A DNA stretch of 46,872 bases from a virus: positions 1-46,872 of the IMG/VR virus record IMGVR_UViG_3300045988_064400; one strand, written 5' to 3'. Under the pieces are notes generated by a model. The model was not told the origin of the DNA. It saw nothing but the letters and a program-made list of their open reading frames with translations, and searched no databases. Both the position numbers and the translations under genes were made by a program. The number at the start of each line of letters is the position of its first letter. Within the stretch, counting starts at the first letter, position 1. Positions 40,218-46,872 of the stretch are shown piece after piece.

Positions 40218-40724
40218 CTATATCCATCGGTTATCGTATGTGTACCTTTTACCGGAATGCTTTGTTGTTTTTGTCTTAACTAATTTATTTGCATCTTTTT
40301 TGGTTATTTGAACTTCGTGCCTTCCACTAGGTTTTTTATAAATAATAGCGTCATAAGAACTTTTGGATAAAGCCGAAGCGTTCTCCTTATCCCTTGTCTG
40401 CCATTTCTTAGAAGTCATAGGACCTTTAGGATAGGACTTGCCTGGGTGTAACTTTTCCCATGCATTTCTAAGCATTTCTCCATCTGTTGAACCATTTACA
40501 ACCAATGGATTATTTAGCTTGATGTGATATGTGTCAATATTTTTATTCGATTCCTTTCCATAATTACTCGCCTCCCCGAACGATGCGCTTAAAAAAATCA
40601 TTTTATTAGGTGCTGATAAATCTCCAGACCTATGAACCTCGTAAGTTCCCGGAACACCGTAATTAGAGGAACTGCTTGTAATAAGTCCAGATTGTTTACC
40701 ACTAAAAGAACTTCTTCCGCCCAT
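40218..40724 (-). CDS. Hypothetical protein with an 'MGGRSS' N-terminus (very tentative RES/ART-like core)
   Basis: Trimmed to the ATG at 40724 (agggag RBS). 'HRSG...IFLSASFGEAS...KKPSGRHEVQI' loosely resembles the R/E/S spacing of RES toxins. Confidence 0.55.
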   Translation of the reverse strand: MGGRSSFSGKQSGLITSSSSNYGVPGTYEVHRSGDLSAPNKMIFLSASFGEASNYGKESNKNIDTYHIKLNNPLVVNGSTDGEMLRNAWEKLHPGKSYPKGPMTSKKWQTRDKENASALSKSSYDAIIYKKPSGRHEVQITKKDANKLVKTKTTKHSGKRYTYDNRWI

Positions 40725-40748
40725 AATAATCAACTCCCTTCACTCGTA

Positions 40749-41393
40749 TTATACAGTATAATTTACAAAACTACAAGTAGTAGTTATAAAAGATTTTATT
40801 CTTTCCTGACTTTTTTCCGGGCACCTTAATAAAATATGAATAGGATTCAATCTTTCTTCTACATATTTAGCACAATAAATAAAGTTATCAAATACCTGCG
40901 GATTTTTAATGCTTCCCACTGCGGATAGCATGATAACACTATCTTTTGGCATTCCTTCAAGACACCATTCTAAACTATCCTTTGTTGACCAATTAGGGGA
41001 TGGAATTACTATAATACCTTGCATCTGACACATTCTGGCAAACCACAAATTCCTATAATGATTGAATCTTTGCAATGGTTCAGGCATATCTGTATAAAGA
41101 CTAAAATCTGGCATCACAATTCCTTTATATTTTTTCAATATATCAATATATCGTTGAGGATTATTCCATATTCTGTTAAATAAATAATCTTGTATATAGA
41201 AATGCACAAAGTAATCTTTATCTTTATTAGATAATGCATAATTAAAAGGCAATGTTCTTAATCCTCGTCTTGGTATAGATAACGACTTTAAGGGTTCCAA
41301 TATCGGGAACCCTTTATTCGTAAACTCCATTTCAACTGGAGTCTTATACCAATTCAATATATCTTGTCCGTTTAGATAGGCATTACTCTTCAT
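40749..41393 (-). CDS. DUF4417-like protein
   Basis: 214 aa. 'HFYIQDYLFNRIWNNPQRYIDILKKYKGIVMPDFSLYTDMP...NHYRNLWFARMCQMQGIIVIPS' matches my memory of DUF4417. Confidence 0.55.
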   Translation of the reverse strand: MKSNAYLNGQDILNWYKTPVEMEFTNKGFPILEPLKSLSIPRRGLRTLPFNYALSNKDKDYFVHFYIQDYLFNRIWNNPQRYIDILKKYKGIVMPDFSLYTDMPEPLQRFNHYRNLWFARMCQMQGIIVIPSPNWSTKDSLEWCLEGMPKDSVIMLSAVGSIKNPQVFDNFIYCAKYVEERLNPIHILLRCPEKSQERIKSFITTTCSFVNYTV

Positions 41394-42405
41394 TTAATAA
41401 TTTCTCCAATTTTGAATAAAAATCTGTATAGTTATCATTTTCCTTTAGGTGTTCAACTAACTTAGATTTACCTTGGAATTTATTGAGAATTTCCCCTGTT
41501 TCTATATCAACTAAAGAGAACCATGCTCCGCCTTGTGCAACTAGTCCCATCTTGATAGCAACATCTACTGCATCTGACACATAATCAATACCTTCAAGAT
41601 ATTTCAATGTGTAAAATCCTACTTTTCTATCGGGTCTGCATACTTTAGATTTCACTAATGCTACATTAACTATATTACCTGCCGGATTCTCACAAGCTCT
41701 TGAAAGATTGTTGCCTTTTTCATCAATATAGTTACCTTTTCTAAATTCAAGACGTGTGCTACAACTATGCCTCCAAGCTCTGCCTCCTGTCGTAGTAGTT
41801 CCTCCATACATACTATTCATATCGTCTCTTACTTGATTTATTCCTATAAAAGCGGTTTGTGTTCTTGCAAGAACTGGAGTTATTTTCTTGCTAAATTCAG
41901 TTAATGCCATACTTACTCCACCATAAGTTCTTTCTCCTATCTGCTTCTCGTTTGCCTGCATAGACACCATAGCACCTATACTATCTAATACACACAAACT
42001 TATTTCTCCGCTATCTATTAGTTCAATCATCATGTTAAAGACTTCTTCTGCTCCCATGCTATCCGGGTCAAGGTAAATTATATCGTCACAGTTCAATCCT
42101 AACTTTGTTGCCCAGCAAGAATCGAAGGTATGTTCAATATCCACAAACAACACTTTTTTATCTGGAAACATTCTTTGAGCATTTCCTGCTACATCAATAG
42201 CAGTAGTGGTTTTTCCACTTCCATCTGCTCCATAGAATTCTGCTATTCTTCCAACTGGGATTCCACCATATGTCATATAGTTTAATCTACATGATGAAAA
42301 TGGAATTTTCTGTACTTCTTGAAAGTCTACTCCTAACTGAATATTTCCTACTTTCATTTTTTTGTTCAAATCTTTTATAATCAAATCAAGATTACTCATC
42401 GTCAT
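41383..42405 (-). CDS. recA: RecA-family recombinase
   Basis: 340 aa. 'GGIPVGRIAEFYGADGSGKTTTAIDV...VLFVDIEHTFD...VLDSIGAMV...FIGINQVRD...TTTGGRAW' is collinear with bacterial RecA. Confidence 0.85.
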   Translation of the reverse strand: MTMSNLDLIIKDLNKKMKVGNIQLGVDFQEVQKIPFSSCRLNYMTYGGIPVGRIAEFYGADGSGKTTTAIDVAGNAQRMFPDKKVLFVDIEHTFDSCWATKLGLNCDDIIYLDPDSMGAEEVFNMMIELIDSGEISLCVLDSIGAMVSMQANEKQIGERTYGGVSMALTEFSKKITPVLARTQTAFIGINQVRDDMNSMYGGTTTTGGRAWRHSCSTRLEFRKGNYIDEKGNNLSRACENPAGNIVNVALVKSKVCRPDRKVGFYTLKYLEGIDYVSDAVDVAIKMGLVAQGGAWFSLVDIETGEILNKFQGKSKLVEHLKENDNYTDFYSKLEKLLNEE

Positions 42406-42715
42406 CCTCCCAATCTAATTTCTGTCCGCAATTCGGACAGTAGTCATAATTATCATAATCAACCTCATAACGCTTTTCACAGCAAGGACAGATCCATGTG
42501 TCATATACAAGATGTCCATCTGCGTAGCCATCGCCTTCATATGTCGGTTTCTTAGATATCTGCTTTTCTAATGCTTGTATTGCCATCCTCATTGATTCTG
42601 TAAGCTCCTCTTTAGTTGTATTCAGCGGTATCCCTTGTTGATTGCTAAAAGATGTTGCAAAACCAACGGTATTATATATTTTTATTGCTTCACTCTCTGA
42701 CATATTATTCCTCAC
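42392..42715 (-). CDS. Zn-ribbon protein, paralog A
   Basis: 107 aa. 'AIQALEKQISKKP' plus 'CPCCEK...YCPNCGQKLDW'. Confidence 0.6.
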   Translation of the reverse strand: MRNNMSESEAIKIYNTVGFATSFSNQQGIPLNTTKEELTESMRMAIQALEKQISKKPTYEGDGYADGHLVYDTWICPCCEKRYEVDYDNYDYCPNCGQKLDWEDDDE

Positions 42716-43028
42716 TTTTTAATAACTTTGCATTGTCAAAGGGACCACTCCAATCCAGCAACTGTCCGCAGTTCCAACAATATCCTTTTTTAATCGCATT
42801 GACTGCATAATCTGCTTTAGCATGACACATTGGACACTCCACATTTGCATTATCATTATCGTCTACTTGTGATATGTGATATGGATTCTTCGAAATTTGT
42901 TTTTCAAGCGCCTGTACTGCCATATCGACAGATTCTTGTAGCATCGAATAACCACCTAGCGGAGTATTGCTTTTCAAACATTCAATAGCTTCTAATTCAT
43001 TCCTTATAAGTTTTTTGTTATTTGTCAT
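42705..43028 (-). CDS. Zn-ribbon protein, paralog B
   Basis: Trimmed to the ATG at 43028 (gaggagg RBS), giving 107 aa. 'AVQALEKQISKNP' plus 'CPMCHA...YCWNCGQLLDW'. Confidence 0.6.
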   Translation of the reverse strand: MTNNKKLIRNELEAIECLKSNTPLGGYSMLQESVDMAVQALEKQISKNPYHISQVDDNDNANVECPMCHAKADYAVNAIKKGYCWNCGQLLDWSGPFDNAKLLKSEE

Positions 43029-43032
43029 ATTA

Positions 43033-43206
43033 TTATTCCTCCTCATATAAATTTTTACCACAATATGGACAATACTTAATCCCATTTAATTTTCCAGATA
43101 GGTTAAAATACCATCTATCAATACCATTTATAGAATATTTTTCAATGCATATAAAATCCGGACATTTAATACATTGATGTTCCTCTATATAAACTGCTTT
43201 TTTCAT
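43033..43206 (-). CDS. Small Zn-ribbon protein (57 aa), not in the track
   Basis: My translation is MKKAVYIEEHQCIKCPDFICIEKYSINGIDRWYFNLSGKLNGIKYCPYCGKNLYEEE. RBS aggagag upstream of the ATG at 43206. Confidence 0.55.
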   Translation of the reverse strand: MKKAVYIEEHQCIKCPDFICIEKYSINGIDRWYFNLSGKLNGIKYCPYCGKNLYEEE

Positions 43207-43215
43207 TGTTCTCTC

Positions 43216-43683
43216 CTATTCTGCTTTTGATTGAAGCCACTTTAACGCTGCTGCTTTGTTTTTCTTATTGCAATTAAAAGCACAACCAAGTGCAAAACCA
43301 TCACAAAAATGCTCACATGCAAAATTCAAATCATCTGTGATAAATCCAGCTAGCTCTTCATCCGACATATTCCTTATCCTGTCGGCATTGGTTTGTGTAG
43401 ATTGTGCATCATTTTTAATCCTTTCTATTGTTCTTTTTTGCTTAGCTATAATCCAAGAAGATATCGCAATTTCGGGTATATTATAAATTTGCATTAACAT
43501 TTCAATGCAAATAAGCACATCCGCAATTTCTTCAGAAAGATGATTTTTGTCTGATTTTCCTCGTTTTTCTTTGCTTATTGCTTGAATAAGTTCCGCACAT
43601 TCTTCCATACAAACTGTAGATTGTACGTCTTTCCCATAATATTCAACACTGCGTTTTATAATATCTGAATCAATTATAATCAT
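43216..43683 (-). CDS. MazG-like nucleotide pyrophosphohydrolase
   Basis: 155 aa. 'CMEECAELIQAISK...LSEEIADVLICIEMLMQIY' fits the EExxE...E/D MazG-type helix pair. Confidence 0.65.
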   Translation of the reverse strand: MIIIDSDIIKRSVEYYGKDVQSTVCMEECAELIQAISKEKRGKSDKNHLSEEIADVLICIEMLMQIYNIPEIAISSWIIAKQKRTIERIKNDAQSTQTNADRIRNMSDEELAGFITDDLNFACEHFCDGFALGCAFNCNKKNKAAALKWLQSKAE

Positions 43684-43695
43684 TTTATTTTCCTC

Positions 43696-43860
43696 CTATA
43701 AATTATCAAATTCATTTTGTAAATATGCTTTCTTTTTCTTAACCCAATCACTAAATTCTTTCTTTAGTTCCTCTGAAGTATAAGATGGAATCCTATAATT
43801 ATCTAAAGCCCTTAAATCTTGCATGATTACTTTAGCTCTTTGATAATCTTCTTGTGTCAT
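43696..43860 (-). CDS. Small 54-aa protein, not in the track
   Basis: My translation is MTQEDYQRAKVIMQDLRALDNYRIPSYTSEELKKEFSDWVKKKKAYLQNEFDNL. RBS gaggtga. It fills the gap exactly. Confidence 0.5.
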   Translation of the reverse strand: MTQEDYQRAKVIMQDLRALDNYRIPSYTSEELKKEFSDWVKKKKAYLQNEFDNL

Positions 43861-43861
43861 A

Positions 43862-44671
43862 CTAATTCACCTCACTTTTATTGATATAACGACTATTCGA
43901 TAACTCCATCTCTGCTATACGTTTATTCATTACCTTTTTCAAACTATTCAACATCTCGTACCCGGCATCCATTCTCAATTTTACTTTCTTATAAGCTCTT
44001 GAATATATAGCAAGTGTCATTGTTTCTGCTTGTGCTATAAGCTCTGCCTGTGCCGTTTTATCTGCAACTGTTTTTCCGGTTGCCTGTTCTCTTGCTTTTG
44101 AATATACTTCCTGCCTTATAGCTTTACAAGTATCTTCTTTAATACCCAAATCTTCTTGTGCCGAGCCTGTGAAATAAAGAGCATTTGCTAAATCCATTAT
44201 AAGAAATTCTAACTCTGTATCAGTTATTCCCCCATTATTTTGCAACTGTTCTTTAATAACTGACATTAAATCATCCAAATCCTTGCAATATTTATTTACA
44301 AGCCTGTCTGATATTTCCTTGATTGTATAGCTTATATTATCCACATTTTGCATTATATCTCCAGCAGTTTTATTATTTCTTTTTTGTGGATAAAAATCGC
44401 ACGATGAGGTATTCCCTTTGCAATTGCACACCTCAACTTCTTTAGTTCCTAAGCATCTTCCATTTTTATAACAACTGCAAACAGTTCCATCCCTACGACT
44501 TGCCATTATAATGCCTCCTCTATATTTATCCAACTTAAAATACTCACAATCAAATCTTTCAGCACGTAATATAGAACCGCAATGACCACAAACAAAATCA
44601 TCATAACCAGTATAATTAGTGGCATACCTGCAATTCTCACAACAATTTTTTATCTCGAAACGCCTACTCAT
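43862..44671 (-). CDS. Hypothetical protein with a Cys-rich N-terminal half
   Basis: Trimmed to the ATG at 44671 (ggaaggag RBS). 'CCENCRY...CGHCG' and 'CSCYKNGRCLG...CNCKGNTSSC'. Confidence 0.55.
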   Translation of the reverse strand: MSRRFEIKNCCENCRYATNYTGYDDFVCGHCGSILRAERFDCEYFKLDKYRGGIIMASRRDGTVCSCYKNGRCLGTKEVEVCNCKGNTSSCDFYPQKRNNKTAGDIMQNVDNISYTIKEISDRLVNKYCKDLDDLMSVIKEQLQNNGGITDTELEFLIMDLANALYFTGSAQEDLGIKEDTCKAIRQEVYSKAREQATGKTVADKTAQAELIAQAETMTLAIYSRAYKKVKLRMDAGYEMLNSLKKVMNKRIAEMELSNSRYINKSEVN

Positions 44672-44676
44672 AATTA

Positions 44677-45123
44677 TCAACTCCTTCCATAATGTCTCCT
44701 TCCATATTCAGCTATCAATAATGCCTCTGCCATTCCGTCATGATCTTTTCTACATCTTTCTGTTGCTTTTAAATTAACACCCGGAAATAATCTCTTGCAT
44801 ACTTCGATAGATGTATTTTTATCAGATGTGCAAGAAAATTCTTTCTTCCACTTCTGTGGTGTGACAAGTTCATAAGGAATGCCATATGCTTTTAATACTC
44901 CTTGAATAAAACCAAAATTCATACCGAAGTTAAATGTACTTGACACGCCCTGATTAGGCATTGCGTGAACGTGTTCTAAAGTACATTTCATATCAGAACT
45001 ACAATTTTTTATCAGTCGAATTAAGGAATCCTCTGAAAATGGTAATAATTGTATAATCTCATTAAATTCATTTATAAATGCTATTCCACCATTTTTTCCT
45101 GGATCAATTCCTATATATATCAT
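44677..45123 (-). CDS. ruvC: RuvC-like Holliday junction resolvase
   Basis: 'MIYIGIDPGKNGGIAFI', 'EHVHAM', 'DHDGMAEALLIAEYG' give a RuvC-type acidic tetrad layout. Start trimmed to the ATG at 45123. Confidence 0.75.
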   Translation of the reverse strand: MIYIGIDPGKNGGIAFINEFNEIIQLLPFSEDSLIRLIKNCSSDMKCTLEHVHAMPNQGVSSTFNFGMNFGFIQGVLKAYGIPYELVTPQKWKKEFSCTSDKNTSIEVCKRLFPGVNLKATERCRKDHDGMAEALLIAEYGRRHYGRS

Positions 45124-45124
45124 T

Positions 45125-45520
45125 CTATCCAACCTCGTCTTTCCATTTAATATTTATAATATCGTCACACTTTGATATTACCCAATTTAATTCTTCATCA
45201 CTGCCTTCATAATCTTCATCATATATACCACATTCACAATAGTAATTGTCTACCTTATCTTCAGTTCCCCACAATGCTGGGCAATACTTACACAAGTATT
45301 TACCCGAAGGTACAACATTCTTATTGTTCTTACAACATTGCTGTCTTGCGTACTCACACAATGCACAATGATTAAACAAATTTAATTTATTTTTCTCACA
45401 GAATCTTCTTTTTGAAATACCCCTAGCCAAACCGTCATAATTGTCCTTTTGTTTATTCACATACTCCCACATTTCACGATGGATACTCTTACATTTTTCC
45501 AAATCTAATTCCTTTTCCAT
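45125..45520 (-). CDS. Cys-rich hypothetical protein
   Basis: 'CALCEYARQQCC...CKYCPALW...YCECG'. Start trimmed to the ATG at 45520. Confidence 0.55.
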   Translation of the reverse strand: MEKELDLEKCKSIHREMWEYVNKQKDNYDGLARGISKRRFCEKNKLNLFNHCALCEYARQQCCKNNKNVVPSGKYLCKYCPALWGTEDKVDNYYCECGIYDEDYEGSDEELNWVISKCDDIINIKWKDEVG

Positions 45521-45525
45521 GTTAA

Positions 45526-46323
45526 TCACCCAACCTTCTTACAAATCCCTTTATACTTACAGAATCTACAGTTATTTGAATTTTCCGTTTTAGGAGGGGC
45601 TATCATTCTTTCTACATATCCCTCACACTCTGATATATAATTGCACAAGCAATTCTTCATATCCTGCGTAACTTCAAATACTTCAGGTACTTCAAGTGTG
45701 CATATATCCCTGTTTTCATACATTACAAATGCCTTGTCTAAATCCAATACAGTGCAATAACAAATTACTTGATTATGGTGCTGTGCCAAACAATGATTAT
45801 CTAACTGGTTATACTTGAATGATACTACATTCTTGAACTCCCAAAGAAAATCCTCATTTGTAGATATTCTTCTTATAATTCCATCACAACGAAAAGATAA
45901 GTTTAATGCAGTATCTATAAGATGTGTTTCTGCTCCTTGTGTTCCTTTTACTATCAAAGATTTACATTTGCCGAATTTCTGTTTTTCCTTTACATATTCA
46001 GCAACATCTAAATACTTCCAATCATACCCCATTTTCTGCATATTCAATAAAGCATTTTGTAATGCCTCATGCCTTGCTGTTCCTGTATCTGCCATTCCTG
46101 TTGAATTATATTCTACTGTTTCCGGGTCTTGTGGTGCTTTCATTCTTGTAAAATACATATTTCTCATACAATGCAAAGAAGAAGGCTTATAATAATTACT
46201 TCCTTTTCTTCTTCCTTCTTGTTCTATTCTTTCAATGCAACTCATAACATCTGCCAAAAACTTTTTATTTGCAGGAAGTTGTGGCTGATTGTTATTGATT
46301 AAATTTAATAATCTTCTACTCAT
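45526..46323 (-). CDS. Cas4/RecB-like PD-(D/E)XK exonuclease with a 4-Cys cluster
   Basis: 265 aa. N-terminal 'PSSLHCMRNMYF', 'CDGII...LWEFKN' (D...ExK), C-terminal 'CRFCKYKGIC' (CX2CX5C). Confidence 0.7.
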   Translation of the reverse strand: MSRRLLNLINNNQPQLPANKKFLADVMSCIERIEQEGRRKGSNYYKPSSLHCMRNMYFTRMKAPQDPETVEYNSTGMADTGTARHEALQNALLNMQKMGYDWKYLDVAEYVKEKQKFGKCKSLIVKGTQGAETHLIDTALNLSFRCDGIIRRISTNEDFLWEFKNVVSFKYNQLDNHCLAQHHNQVICYCTVLDLDKAFVMYENRDICTLEVPEVFEVTQDMKNCLCNYISECEGYVERMIAPPKTENSNNCRFCKYKGICKKVG

Positions 46324-46370
46324 TTATTTCTCCTTTATTCTTCTTCAAAAATATGTACTTTCCATTATTT

Positions 46371-46829
46371 CTAAATATCATAAACAGTTACGCAAGGTCC
46401 AAGAAAACGGAAATACGCATTCTTTTTAATTGCATTTTCAATTTCTTTGATCTCCTCACTGACCTTGACTGCTTCTTCGTGGTCAGCGTCAATCTTACTA
46501 TGAAGACGGTCTCTATCTTCTTTCTTCATCCCGATAGAAATAGCCATATCACCGAAAGAGCTGCCACCACCTAAGTCGTAATCGTCTACTAAGTAAGCAT
46601 GACGACTTCTGAGGTTGTGAAGACGGCTACGTAACTCTTCAAACTCCACTTTGTCCGGGTCCTCTTCGACATATTGAAGTTTGAAATGTTTCATAACCCA
46701 CTCCAACTTTCCTTTTTCAATATTCCTTCTCATTGCTCCGCCGAGGAAAATTTCCTCCTCCTCGATTAATTCCAACAAATTCTCCTTTGTTAACCCCTTT
46801 CCATTTTTTAACTTCTCCATATCAATCAT
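46371..46829 (-). CDS. Hypothetical protein (first gene after cassette promoter 1, across the junction)
   Basis: 152-aa ORF. Its ATG abuts the 44-bp terminal repeat. Confidence 0.55.
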   Translation of the reverse strand: MIDMEKLKNGKGLTKENLLELIEEEEIFLGGAMRRNIEKGKLEWVMKHFKLQYVEEDPDKVEFEELRSRLHNLRSRHAYLVDDYDLGGGSSFGDMAISIGMKKEDRDRLHSKIDADHEEAVKVSEEIKEIENAIKKNAYFRFLGPCVTVYDI

Positions 46830-46872
46830 CTACCCTTTCTATGTATGTATTTCTTATTTACAATTATATTGT
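46829..46872. repeat. Terminal direct repeat (second copy of 1..44)
   Basis: Exact 44/44 identity with the start of the window. Confidence 0.95.

Noticed and set aside
40218-40724. A firm call of the 168-aa MGGRSS protein as a RES/ADP-ribosyltransferase toxin.
   Set aside because: Only a loose spacing of R, E and S residues supports it. I cannot align the canonical motifs with confidence, so it is kept as a hypothesis in the findings only.

Overview
The window is a complete, circularly closed phage genome. Bases 1-44 are identical to 46829-46872, which leaves 46,828 unique bp. Gene order is siphovirus-like, and the signals (AGGAGG-type RBSs, sigma-A-like promoters) fit a low-GC Bacillota host. 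Every gene I can support lies on the minus strand; the plus-strand ORFs in the track look like antisense shadows.

Reading in the direction of transcription (high to low coordinates, wrapping through the origin):
- (1) Early unit from a promoter at 40-68, wrapping to 46829 and running down to 39842. It holds a Cas4-like nuclease, RuvC-like resolvase, MazG-like protein, three Zn-ribbon paralogs, RecA, a DUF4417-like protein and two proteins sharing an 'MGGRSS' N-terminus.
- (2) 39784-34140: ArdC-N-like protein, a PD-(D/E)XK nuclease, and a DnaX/HolB/HolA-like clamp loader.
- (3) 34081-32189: two unknown proteins, a sigma-70-family factor, a MazF/PemK-like toxin and a Zn-ribbon membrane protein.
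- (4) Late region 32141-11867: TerS and TerL, a 2.9-kb insertion containing a major-tail-protein paralog, then portal, minor capsid, a DnaA-box cluster, scaffold, capsid, connectors, tail, tape measure, Dit/Tal/fibre, holin, endolysin, and a sigma-region-4-only protein.
- (5) GC-richer cargo genes at 11780-9563.
- (6) SNF2 helicase unit at 9162-6807.
- (7) Replication unit at 6744-89: HTH protein, iteron-bearing initiator, DnaC-like loader, DnaB-like helicase, DnaG-like primase.

Five near-identical copies of a terminator/UP/TTGACA-N17-TACAAT cassette partition the genome. I found no integrase, repressor, DNA polymerase, sliding clamp, tRNA or CRISPR array.

All functional calls come from motif recognition by eye. 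No database search was run.
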